Part shown: piece by piece, positions 8,353-17,113 of the stretch | Layout of the letters: each line of letters opens with the position of its first letter | How positions within the stretch are numbered: position 1 is the first letter of the stretch | NCBI GenBank assembly: GCA_038127595.1 | Contig: JAYPIC010000016.1 | Span: forward strand, 1-34,717 | DNA length: 34,717 nucleotides | DNA from: a bacterium | Lineage (GTDB): Bacteria; Fidelibacterota; Marinisomatia; Marinisomatales; UBA1611 | Direction of reading: 5' to 3' | Made by a program: the position numbers and the translations under genes | The notes under the pieces: model-generated | The model's database searches: none | Told to the model about the DNA's origin: nothing | Seen by the model: only the letters and a program-made list of their open reading frames with translations

Positions 8353-9042
8353 GTGCTTTTATGTGCTATGGGTGTTGGAATGGCAAAAACTGGACTAGGT
8401 GGATTAGGAATGGTTGTGGTCCCGGTCCTAGCTAATATTTTTGGATCGAAATCCTCTACGGGGATTTTATTATTACTACTTATAATGGCCGATTTTTTTG
8501 GAGTTTATTATTACTATCGACATGCTGAATTAAAAAAAATCATACAATTATTGCCCAGCGCCTTAGTTGGAATCTTTACTGGCGTTTATATAGGAGATAA
8601 AATATCTGATGCTCAGTTTCAAGTTTTATTAGGATTAATAATTATTGCAGGGGCTTTGATGACGATGATTAAAATTGATGTAAAGCAAAATAAAGGTCTT
8701 TCTATTATAATAGGTTTTTTAGGCGGATTCATAACAATGGTTGGCAATGCTGCTGGTCCAATAATGTCAATATATTTTTTATCCATGGGATTTGAAAAAA
8801 ATAAATTCATCGGTACTGCGGCTTGGTTTTTCCTTTTTGTCAATGTAGTTAAAGTTCCTTTTCATATTATTTTTTGGAAAACAATTAATTTTGATACGCT
8901 ACTGTTTGATTTGGCACTTTTTCCCATGATTTTAATTGGTGCAATAATTGGTGTATGGATCGTTGAAAAAATTCCAGAAAAACCATATAAAATATTTGTG
9001 ATTTCTTCGGTATTTCTATCTACAATCTTGCTATTTATTTAG
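8353..9042 (+). CDS. TSUP (TauE/SafE) family permease
   Basis: GMAKTGLGGLG N-terminal motif, GGFITMVGNAAGP internal repeat, multiple TM helices. The frame is open upstream to 8299, so the true start is uncertain. Confidence 0.88.
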   Translation: MLLCAMGVGMAKTGLGGLGMVVVPVLANIFGSKSSTGILLLLLIMADFFGVYYYYRHAELKKIIQLLPSALVGIFTGVYIGDKISDAQFQVLLGLIIIAGALMTMIKIDVKQNKGLSIIIGFLGGFITMVGNAAGPIMSIYFLSMGFEKNKFIGTAAWFFLFVNVVKVPFHIIFWKTINFDTLLFDLALFPMILIGAIIGVWIVEKIPEKPYKIFVISSVFLSTILLFI

Positions 9043-9216
9043 CTAGTGATATTTTTTTTGATTTAATTAGGTTGTAATTTTTACAATAGGTTATGGATTT
9101 TGTATTTTATTTATGGCTACCATTAATTTTATTAGCATTAGCTAGTATTTATAAGCTATTGAATAAAAATAAAGATTCTAGTAAACCGTGGATTAGAATT
9201 GAAGAGGTAAAAGATA

Positions 9217-9963
9217 ATGAGTAGACATCTATCAATGAGAACTGCAAACCCTGCATTACAATCGGATACATTCAGGAAATCAATGTCTGGATCTATAGCA
9301 TCTGATGGTACAATGACAATTAATGGAGTGGTGAATAAGACCGGCCTCTCACTACTTTTACTTATAATTAGTGCATCAATTACCTGGTCAAATCCTGTCT
9401 TATCGTGGTTAGGCATGGTTGGAACATTTGCGGGGTTAATACTGGCAGTGGTTACAATATTTAAACCAACAATTTCTCATCTAACCGTACCTGCTTATGC
9501 TATTATGCAAGGGTTATTTTTAGGTCTTATTTCAAGGGTCTTTGAAAATCAATACCCTGGAATTGCTGTGCAGGCGATTTTTCTTACATTTGGTACTCTT
9601 GGTTCCCTTTTACTTGCCTACATGTCTGGTCTAATTAAGGCAACCGAAAATTTTAAACTGGGAATTTTTGCGGCTACTGGAGCAATTGGCGTTTTATATT
9701 TAATCAATTTTATTATGAGTTTTTTTGGTACTGGAATCGGTGTCATTCATAGTAATAGTACCATGGGGATTGTTTTCAGTATTGGAGTTGTTGTAATTGC
9801 TGCTTTGAACCTCGTTCTTGATTTTGATTTCATTGAAGAAGGTGCTGAAATAGGCGCACCAAAATATATGGAATGGTATGCTACTTTTGGCCTTCTCGTT
9901 ACATTAATTTGGTTATATATTGAAATTCTTAGGCTCCTATCGAAACTAAATAGTCGCAGGTAA
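9217..9963 (+). CDS. Bax inhibitor-1/YccA family membrane protein
   Basis: MRTANPAL...MTINGVVNKT; LVLDFDFIEEG...PKYMEWY..FGLLVTLIWLYIEILRLL. Confidence 0.92.
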   Translation: MSRHLSMRTANPALQSDTFRKSMSGSIASDGTMTINGVVNKTGLSLLLLIISASITWSNPVLSWLGMVGTFAGLILAVVTIFKPTISHLTVPAYAIMQGLFLGLISRVFENQYPGIAVQAIFLTFGTLGSLLLAYMSGLIKATENFKLGIFAATGAIGVLYLINFIMSFFGTGIGVIHSNSTMGIVFSIGVVVIAALNLVLDFDFIEEGAEIGAPKYMEWYATFGLLVTLIWLYIEILRLLSKLNSRR

Positions 9964-9967
9964 GGCT

Positions 9968-10639
9968 ATAATTAGGCATTTTTTTTCATTTTTTATTATT
10001 GGATTTTCATTTGGCCAAATAGATTATCTTCAAGACATCCAACCAATATTTAATAATCATTGCATTAGTTGTCATTCTGGTACCTATGGTTCAGGTGCGC
10101 TTGAGCTAGATTCTTTTGAAAGATTAATCGAGGGTGATAGCAATAATGGTCCTGTAGTTTTGCCTTTTAATGCTGACAGCAGTTTGCTTTACAAGGTTTT
10201 ATTAAGAGATTCGGTAATAGTACCAAATGAGCCAATATGTTGTAGAATGCCTAAAAATGCTGATCCTTTACCGATAGATCAAAGAACGGCAATATATGAT
10301 TGGATAAATGATGGTGCTCTTGGATCAAGTTCTTTGGCGGTTAATCCTACTCCTTCGAACTATAAAATAAATTTAAAGACATATCCTAACCCATTTAATA
10401 ATTCTGTTAGGATATCATTTTCATCAGATAATAATAGACAAAAAGAAATTCTTATTTATGATATGATGGGAGTGCTAGTCAAAAGTTTATATTTAAAAAA
10501 TATTATTAAAGGTGAAAATTATATTTTTTGGGATGGGCAGAATAATTTAGGAAAAACTTCCTCTTCGGGAATTTATTTTATCAATCTTATTCAAGGCTTT
10601 GAATCTCTTGGAACAAAAAAGGTACTATTTCTCAATTAG
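9968..10639 (+). CDS. Exported monoheme cytochrome c (planctomycete cytochrome c-like domain) with C-terminal T9SS/FlgD-Ig-like sorting domain
   Basis: The frame of track ORF 10160 extends upstream: (I)IRHFFSFFIIGFSFGQIDYLQDIQPIFNNHCISCHSG.... CxxCH at 10061-10075, RMP distal ligand, WINDGA, then YPNPFN...IYDMMG...WDG...SSGIYF. No ATG/GTG/TTG is available upstream, so ATA 9968 is taken as the start. Confidence 0.8.
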   Translation: MIRHFFSFFIIGFSFGQIDYLQDIQPIFNNHCISCHSGTYGSGALELDSFERLIEGDSNNGPVVLPFNADSSLLYKVLLRDSVIVPNEPICCRMPKNADPLPIDQRTAIYDWINDGALGSSSLAVNPTPSNYKINLKTYPNPFNNSVRISFSSDNNRQKEILIYDMMGVLVKSLYLKNIIKGENYIFWDGQNNLGKTSSSGIYFINLIQGFESLGTKKVLFLN

Positions 10640-10694
10640 TTTTTAATGGAATGCATCCAACAATTAAAATGATTTAAAAATTGTTTTTAATTAT

Positions 10695-10712
10695 TTAGAC
10701 TCATGGGTCTAA
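10695..10712. promoter_or_regulatory. Near-perfect 18-bp palindrome TTAGACTCATGGGTCTAA, candidate operator
   Basis: 16/18 self-complementary, 46 nt upstream of the OMP start codon. Confidence 0.35.
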
Positions 10713-10758
10713 TTTTAGAATCTTTAGTACACATATTTAATCAAATAAAGGAAATAAA

Positions 10759-11370
10759 ATGAAAAACATAGTAACAATATGTCTCGCTGTCTTTACATTC
10801 ATTGTAGCGCAAGATACTACTGCTAGTGTAAGTCAAGAGCCGCAACTTCCAGGTTGGGGAATTTATGTTGGTGGTGCGTTCGGTAGTGCAACTTCTGTAG
10901 ATGACCTTCCTGATGGGCATAGTATAGAGTCACGCTTAATTGCGCCTAACATTGGTGTAAGTAAAGGCATGTTCCTAGGTGGTGTACCACTTATCGTAGG
11001 AGCAGGTTATCATCCCAGAGGCTACACATATGAATTTGATAATCCATTCACAGGTTCCAAAACTGAAGTTGAAACTCAAGTAAATATGTTAGATGTTTGG
11101 GCCTCAGTGCCTTACCCTATAGGTGATAGGGCAATTCTTCAAGCTGGATTTTTATTGGGAACATGCTTAGGCGGTACGCAAAAAACAGATGACGAGGAAG
11201 AAGATATAGATGATATTGAGGGTGAACTTGATTATGGAATTATGTTAGGCGGTGGCTTCGCGATTACAGAACAGATTGGAGTCAACGTTGGATATTACAT
11301 TGGACTTGCAGAATTTGATGAAATGATGAAGTTTAATGGTTTGATTTTTAATTTAGGATATAATTTCTAG
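10759..11370 (+). CDS. Outer-membrane beta-barrel protein (small porin-like)
   Basis: Signal peptide ending VA-Q, alternating beta strands, C-terminal LGYNF; AAGGA RBS. Confidence 0.82.
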   Translation: MKNIVTICLAVFTFIVAQDTTASVSQEPQLPGWGIYVGGAFGSATSVDDLPDGHSIESRLIAPNIGVSKGMFLGGVPLIVGAGYHPRGYTYEFDNPFTGSKTEVETQVNMLDVWASVPYPIGDRAILQAGFLLGTCLGGTQKTDDEEEDIDDIEGELDYGIMLGGGFAITEQIGVNVGYYIGLAEFDEMMKFNGLIFNLGYNF

Positions 11371-11384
11371 AAAATATCAACTTG

Positions 11385-11414
11385 AAAAAAGCCCCTTTTT
11401 GGGGCTTTTTTTTT
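11385..11414 (+). terminator. Rho-independent terminator (likely bidirectional)
   Basis: AAAAAAGCCCC-TTTTT-GGGGC-T9 just after the OMP gene. Confidence 0.9.
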
Positions 11415-11433
11415 ACATAAATTTAAAATCTGC

Positions 11434-11802
11434 ATGAAAGTATTTATGATAAAACCTTTTAGCCTGATTATAATGAGTTGGTTTTATATATCTGTTGGAA
11501 TATCTCATTTTACAGATCCAAATTGGTTTTTGCAGATAGTCCCTCCATATTTGCCTTTTAAATTAGAGTTAGTTTATGTTAGTGGATTTTTTGAAATTAT
11601 TTTTGGGTTAATGCTAATACTACCCTCGTGGAGGTATTATGCAGGTTGGGGTTTAGTACTATTACTAATTGCTGTTTATCCTGCAAATATTTATTTAGCC
11701 CAAACAAATGGTGCAGCTATGAATACCTCAGCTCTAGTTGCTTGGGGCAGGTTGCCATTTCAATTTTTATTTATTGGTATTGCCTACTGGCATACTAAAT
11801 AG
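11434..11802 (+). CDS. DoxX-like membrane protein
   Basis: GISHF...IVPPYLP...SGFFEI...AVYPANIY...RLPFQ. Confidence 0.85.
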   Translation: MKVFMIKPFSLIIMSWFYISVGISHFTDPNWFLQIVPPYLPFKLELVYVSGFFEIIFGLMLILPSWRYYAGWGLVLLLIAVYPANIYLAQTNGAAMNTSALVAWGRLPFQFLFIGIAYWHTK

Positions 11803-12043
11803 ATTCATTTTTTTTTAATGGTACAGGATCATTTCCACTTGAGCCCCACCATGGATTGCACCGAATGATCCTTCTTAATGCCAACCAAGATCCTTTAATT
11901 ATACCCCATTCATTAATTGCCTCTATGGCATAATTAGGGCAGGAAGGATGGTAAGCACAATTTTGGCCTAGTAAAGGGGATAAAGTAAGTTGATATAAAC
12001 GTATTGGAATAATGAATAGTTTTGAAAATACTTTGCTGAGCAT
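11795..12043 (-). CDS. yidD: Membrane protein insertion efficiency factor
   Basis: IRLYQ..LSP...CAYHPSC..YA..AI...G..KG.WL..RRI.RCNPW..G.DPVP. Confidence 0.93.
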   Translation of the reverse strand: MLSKVFSKLFIIPIRLYQLTLSPLLGQNCAYHPSCPNYAIEAINEWGIIKGSWLALRRIIRCNPWWGSSGNDPVPLKKNESI

Positions 12044-12095
12044 TAATTAAAATTCTTGTAATTTTATAATCAGAAACTTTTAAATTGTATTAAAT

Positions 12096-13484
12096 ATGTC
12101 AAAGCTAAGATTATACAACTCTCTTACAAATAGGAAAGAAGATTTTTCACCTATAGATGATTCTAATGTAAGAGTATATACGTGCGGTCCAACTGTATAT
12201 AATTATGCCCATATTGGTAATGCTCGTCCTCCATTGGTTTCAGATATTTTAGTTAAGCTGCTTAAATATTTATATAGCAATGTTCTATATGTTTCAAATA
12301 TCACAGACATAGATGACAAGATAATTGCCGCTTCTATTGATCAAAAAATTCCTATTAAGGAATTAACAAGTAAATATGAAAAAATTTATAATGAGAACTT
12401 AAAAGATCTTGGAATACATAAGCCTGATCTTCAGCCAAGAGCTACAGAGCACATTGAAGAAATGATAGACCAAATAAATGAATTAATCACTAACGGTCAT
12501 GCATATGAGAAAGAAAGACATGTTTTATTTAATGTAAATACATTTCCAAAATATGGAACACTCTCGGGAAGAGATAAAGACCAGCAATTAGCAGGCAGTA
12601 GGGTAGAAGTGGCTAGTTATAAAAATGACCCATTGGATTTTATTTTGTGGAAACCCAGTGATGAAAATCAACCTGGTTGGGATTCTCCTTGGGGTTTTGG
12701 GCGTCCAGGATGGCATTTAGAATGTTCTGCAATGTCACAAAAAACTCTTGGCGTTCCTTTTGATATACATTCAGGAGGACAAGATCTTATTTTCCCTCAT
12801 CATGAAAATGAATTAGCACAATCTTGTGGAGCAAATGGAGGAATTGATGACTCTTCAAGTTATGCTAGATATTGGGTCCATAATGGTATGATCAAATTTG
12901 ATGGTGATAAAATGTCAAAATCATTAGGTAATATTTTATATATAAACGATCTACTTAAAGAGTATGACGGAGAGGTATTGCGATATGTATTATTATCAAC
13001 TCATTACAGACAGCCACTTAATTGGTCTGAAAAATCACTCAAACAAGCAAAGACATCTTTAGATAGATTATATAGAATATTAAAAAACAATAAGAATGTT
13101 TTAACTAAAGATGTTGAGCCTGCAAAGGAAATTATTAGTGCACTATGCGATGATATAAATACACCTGAAGCATTTGGACAATTAAATATATTATTTAATC
13201 AGCTTCAAAACGCACAGGATGATATAAAAGGTGATTTAATATCTCAAATACATGGTAGTGCTAATTTATTGGGCATCTTAAAAAAAGATCCTGATGAATG
13301 GTTAGGGTATAAAAATCAAACAAAAGATTTTGATGTGGCTGCTATTGAAAAACTGATCAATGAAAGAAATGCTTTTCGCAATGAAAAAAATTATCAAAAG
13401 TCAGATCAAATTAGAGATGAATTAAAGTCTTTAGGTATAGAAATTGAAGATACACCCGATGGTACAATATGGCGCAAAAGTTAA
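12096..13484 (+). CDS. cysS: Cysteine--tRNA ligase
   Basis: CGPTVY..HIGNAR, GRPGWHLECSAM, DLIFPHHENE, KMSKSLGN. Confidence 0.98.
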   Translation: MSKLRLYNSLTNRKEDFSPIDDSNVRVYTCGPTVYNYAHIGNARPPLVSDILVKLLKYLYSNVLYVSNITDIDDKIIAASIDQKIPIKELTSKYEKIYNENLKDLGIHKPDLQPRATEHIEEMIDQINELITNGHAYEKERHVLFNVNTFPKYGTLSGRDKDQQLAGSRVEVASYKNDPLDFILWKPSDENQPGWDSPWGFGRPGWHLECSAMSQKTLGVPFDIHSGGQDLIFPHHENELAQSCGANGGIDDSSSYARYWVHNGMIKFDGDKMSKSLGNILYINDLLKEYDGEVLRYVLLSTHYRQPLNWSEKSLKQAKTSLDRLYRILKNNKNVLTKDVEPAKEIISALCDDINTPEAFGQLNILFNQLQNAQDDIKGDLISQIHGSANLLGILKKDPDEWLGYKNQTKDFDVAAIEKLINERNAFRNEKNYQKSDQIRDELKSLGIEIEDTPDGTIWRKS

Positions 13485-13485
13485 T

Positions 13486-13827
13486 TTAGCCTGGAGGCCA
13501 TTCCATCTGCCTACCACCCATTACATGTAGATGTATGTGAAACACTGTTTGCCCACCATCTTCATTACAATTAAAAATCGTTCTATATCCTTTTTTTTCT
13601 AATCCTTCTTTTTTCGCAAGTTTTTTTGCAACGAGAAATAGTTCACCAATAATATCTTTATCATCCTCTTCAATGTCATTTAGTGTTGGAATTTCTTTTT
13701 TAGGTATGACAAGAAAATGAACAGGTGCTTGTGGATTAACGTCCCGAAATGCGATTACGCTATCATTTTCATAAAGAATATCAGCAGGTATTTCTTTATT
13801 TATTATTTTTGTAAAAATAGTACTCAT
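13486..13827 (-). CDS. hinT: Histidine triad (HIT) nucleotide-binding protein
   Basis: TIFTKII, PQAPVHFLVIPK, HIHLHV triad, WPPG end. Confidence 0.93.
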   Translation of the reverse strand: MSTIFTKIINKEIPADILYENDSVIAFRDVNPQAPVHFLVIPKKEIPTLNDIEEDDKDIIGELFLVAKKLAKKEGLEKKGYRTIFNCNEDGGQTVFHIHLHVMGGRQMEWPPG

Positions 13828-13870
13828 GTTGGCAATACCTTAAGTACAATTTTCAAATAAATTAGAACGA

Positions 13871-14446
13871 TCAGGAGTATTGTAAATTTTCGTTCTTTAA
13901 TGAAGAATATTGAACTTGGATAAGATAATAGGAACCAAAAAGAACAGTGGTAAAGAGAACATTACTTACTATTGTATTTTGAAGAAAAGGTAGTCCTGCT
14001 ACATAGCATGCAGTAAGACCACCCAAGTTTTTCATATACATACCACTACCAGCCCAAACTCCAAAATTGGACAGAATGAAGAAAGCCATGCTTGAGCCTA
14101 AAGACGCTCCTAATGTCTTTGATATTGAAATTTTATTTTTGAAAACTAGAATTGAAGACATTATAATTATGAGGTAAGAAGCGTACTGCCAGTAAAAACC
14201 AGAGTAAAACCAAATGAATCCAGTTCCTTGATTAGAATAAACAAAATTATTTATAAAAAGATCACTAAGCCACACAGCAAGCATTGGTATGAAGACAGCT
14301 TGCCATTTTTTCGAAAAATGCGCGGCCCCAAAAAGTGCAATAGCTAGAATTGGAGAAAAATTTGGCGGATGAGGAAATATTCTTGAAGCTCCAGCCAAGA
14401 AAACAATAACTGCCATGACGGCGATGTTTAAGTTTAGTTTTTTCAT
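13871..14446 (-). CDS. DUF6580-like membrane protein (putative ECF S-component-like transporter)
   Basis: RIFPHPPNFSP, FFILSNFGVW, CYVAGLPF; six TM-like segments. Confidence 0.75.
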   Translation of the reverse strand: MKKLNLNIAVMAVIVFLAGASRIFPHPPNFSPILAIALFGAAHFSKKWQAVFIPMLAVWLSDLFINNFVYSNQGTGFIWFYSGFYWQYASYLIIIMSSILVFKNKISISKTLGASLGSSMAFFILSNFGVWAGSGMYMKNLGGLTACYVAGLPFLQNTIVSNVLFTTVLFGSYYLIQVQYSSLKNENLQYS

Positions 14447-14607
14447 AAAAGCATAAGTTTGTTACGTTATAGTTTAGACCAGCATTAGTATATGAGTCTA
14501 GGTTAAAAATAGATTTTACAGCTCAAAATTTTTTTAATCTTTAATTAATGTAGTTAAGTATTTTTTTTCTAATTAATTTTTCAGCCTTTGATAAAATAAT
14601 TTTCCCA

Positions 14608-15378
14608 ATGATAGAACTTACAGACGTATCTAAAGTATTTACTCTCACAAAAGACCAGAGAAAGATTGTCGGCGAATCAAAGTTAAGGCCTAAATCTTTT
14701 ACTGCTGTTGATTCTATTAATTTTAAATGTGAAAGCGGTAGTGTTTTTGCTTTAATTGGTCCTAATGGTTCCGGGAAAACGACTACTTTACGCATGATAG
14801 CAACTATGATTTCTCCTACTTCTGGTACAATAAAGATTAATGATAAGAATGTCTCAATTGACGGCCGTTTGGCTAGAAAATCTATTGGATTTATGACCAA
14901 TCAAACTGCTTTGTATGATAGGTTAAGTCCATATGAGATGGTAAAGTATTTTGCAAATCTAAACAGTATGGATAAATCCATTTTCAACAAAAGGTGTAAA
15001 GATATTTTTGATAGGCTAAACATGAATACTTTCGCGAATAAACGAATTGGTACTTTAAGCTCGGGAATGAAGCAAAAAACTTCTATAGCCCGAACGATTA
15101 TTCATGATCCTGATATCATAGTATTTGATGAGCCTACAACAGGTCTAGATGTAATGACCTCTAGATCGATCATTGAATTAATTAGAAATTCTAAGGATGA
15201 AAAAAAGACTATCATTTTTTCATCGCATAGAATGGAAGAAGTCCAATCACTAGCAGATGATATCGGTGTGATATATAATGGTAAACTTATTTTTTCTGGG
15301 TCAAAAGTAGAATTTGAGTCGTTATCTGACTCAAACAGTTATGATGACACTTTAATAAATCTGATTGATAATTCATGA
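14608..15378 (+). CDS. ABC transporter ATP-binding protein (NatA-like Na+ export)
   Basis: GPNGSGKTT Walker A, LSSGMKQK signature, FDEPT Walker B, SSH. Confidence 0.92.
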   Translation: MIELTDVSKVFTLTKDQRKIVGESKLRPKSFTAVDSINFKCESGSVFALIGPNGSGKTTTLRMIATMISPTSGTIKINDKNVSIDGRLARKSIGFMTNQTALYDRLSPYEMVKYFANLNSMDKSIFNKRCKDIFDRLNMNTFANKRIGTLSSGMKQKTSIARTIIHDPDIIVFDEPTTGLDVMTSRSIIELIRNSKDEKKTIIFSSHRMEEVQSLADDIGVIYNGKLIFSGSKVEFESLSDSNSYDDTLINLIDNS

Positions 15379-16568
15379 GCATAATAGTATCTATATTTAA
15401 AAAAGAGCTCATAGATGTATTGAGAGATAGGCGCACATTAATGTTTATGGTAGTGATTCCTATTCTAATTACGCCTTTACTTATAATAGGTTCAATAAAG
15501 TTTCAGGAATATCAAAATAAAAAGTCAGAGGAAAAGATACTTAAAATAGCGTATATAAATGAATCTGAGGATAGCTTGACAAAGCAATTATTGTCGGATC
15601 AAAAAGGGGTTAAGATAATTGAGGGGGTTCCAATAGATAGCATTGAGTCATATATAAAATCTGATTCATTGCAAGGTGGTCTTTACCTTGGCAAAGGCTT
15701 TTTAAAAAAAATAAAAACCAATTCATCAGGTGATGTAAAAATTTATTATAAGTCTTCTGATTTAATGAGTAAATCTAAAAAGCGTATTCAAGCAGCATTA
15801 GATATTTATAAAGGAAAAATTATAGCTGAGCGATTAAAACAACTAAATGTAGACGGTCAGATTTTGGAGCCCATAAATATTACTAACATTGATATGGCTA
15901 CTGCTAAAGAGACCATGGGAAAGGCAATTGGAGGTTTCATCCCCTATGTACTCGTTATGTTTATTTTTCTTGGAGCAATGTACCCCGCTATTGATCTTGG
16001 TGCAGGTGAAAAAGAAAGAGGGTCGCTAGAGACATTACTTTCTTCACCAGCAACAAAATTTGAAATCACCATGGGTAAACTGTTGGTAGTTTCACTAACC
16101 GGCATTGTATCTGGTCTCGTTTCTGTCTTAGGAATTTCTTCTTCATTATTTTTCATTGATAAAATACCTGTACAGATACAAGAGACTATTTTGGAGCTAA
16201 TTAACCCTTTCATGATATTTTCAATAATAATATTGATGATCCCCATAGCTATATTCTTTGCATCAATGTTACTTTCTATATCTTTTTATGCTCGTTCCTT
16301 TAAAGAGGCTCAGAGCCTGATGGGGCCTTTAAATATGGTGATTATTGTACCGCTTTTTTTAAGTTTAGGTCCGGGGATGGAAATGGATCACGCAACAGCT
16401 TTGATGCCCCTAATTAATGTTGGTCTATTGACAAAAGAGATTCTAGCTGGTTCTGTTGAGCTTATATATTTTATTGAAACATTATTTTCTTTACTGTTTT
16501 GTGCTGCTATTGGGATTTGGTTTTCTGTTTTCTGGTTTAAAAAAGAGAATACCATTTTCAGAGTATAG
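15375..16568 (+). CDS. ABC transporter permease (NatB-like)
   Basis: KKELIDVLRDRRT, AGEKERGSLETLL, ARSFKEAQ; ATGA overlap with the ATPase gene. Confidence 0.92.
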   Translation: MSIIVSIFKKELIDVLRDRRTLMFMVVIPILITPLLIIGSIKFQEYQNKKSEEKILKIAYINESEDSLTKQLLSDQKGVKIIEGVPIDSIESYIKSDSLQGGLYLGKGFLKKIKTNSSGDVKIYYKSSDLMSKSKKRIQAALDIYKGKIIAERLKQLNVDGQILEPINITNIDMATAKETMGKAIGGFIPYVLVMFIFLGAMYPAIDLGAGEKERGSLETLLSSPATKFEITMGKLLVVSLTGIVSGLVSVLGISSSLFFIDKIPVQIQETILELINPFMIFSIIILMIPIAIFFASMLLSISFYARSFKEAQSLMGPLNMVIIVPLFLSLGPGMEMDHATALMPLINVGLLTKEILAGSVELIYFIETLFSLLFCAAIGIWFSVFWFKKENTIFRV

Positions 16569-16621
16569 TTTTTACTTCACACTAAATTTTTCCACATATC
16601 AATTTTTGGAGGTAATCAAAA

Positions 16622-17107
16622 ATGATCAATAAGAACATATTTATTATTTTCATTCAATTATTAACATTTTGTTTTTCTCAATCAATCAATATCGGTAGTA
16701 AAACATTAGAAATAGGAATGGATAAAAAAGAAGCTTTAGAAATCTTAAAAAACCATATTGATTTATCAGATGAAAAAAAGGAAAGAGAAAATTTTTGGAT
16801 AAGAAACAATAATCAGATCATTGGATCAATTGGTTTTACTGATCAAAAGTTAAGTTATGTTACCACTGACTGGGACAATGAACTAGAATACTTAGATTCC
16901 ATCGAAATGTTCAATACCTTGTATAATGTTTTAAAAAATACATTTGGATCAAGATATGAAGGTGAAATTATCTTAAAACTTGAAGAAGTCAATGAGCCAA
17001 ATCTTGATAAAATTGGGATTAGTATTCACTCTAATGACGGCAAAAGTGTAACGATTAATAGAAAAAATATAAGTTTAGATATTAAACAAATTGCTCAGAA
17101 GTTATGA
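16622..17107 (+). CDS. Hypothetical exported protein
   Basis: GGAGGT RBS and a signal peptide ending CFS-Q. Confidence 0.75.
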   Translation: MINKNIFIIFIQLLTFCFSQSINIGSKTLEIGMDKKEALEILKNHIDLSDEKKERENFWIRNNNQIIGSIGFTDQKLSYVTTDWDNELEYLDSIEMFNTLYNVLKNTFGSRYEGEIILKLEEVNEPNLDKIGISIHSNDGKSVTINRKNISLDIKQIAQKL

Positions 17108-17113
17108 CTGGTG

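Noticed and set aside
14447..14607. Cobalamin riboswitch upstream of the DUF6580-like gene
   Set aside because: The region is short and AT-rich and lacks recognisable B12-box or GGGAA/GCCACTG elements.
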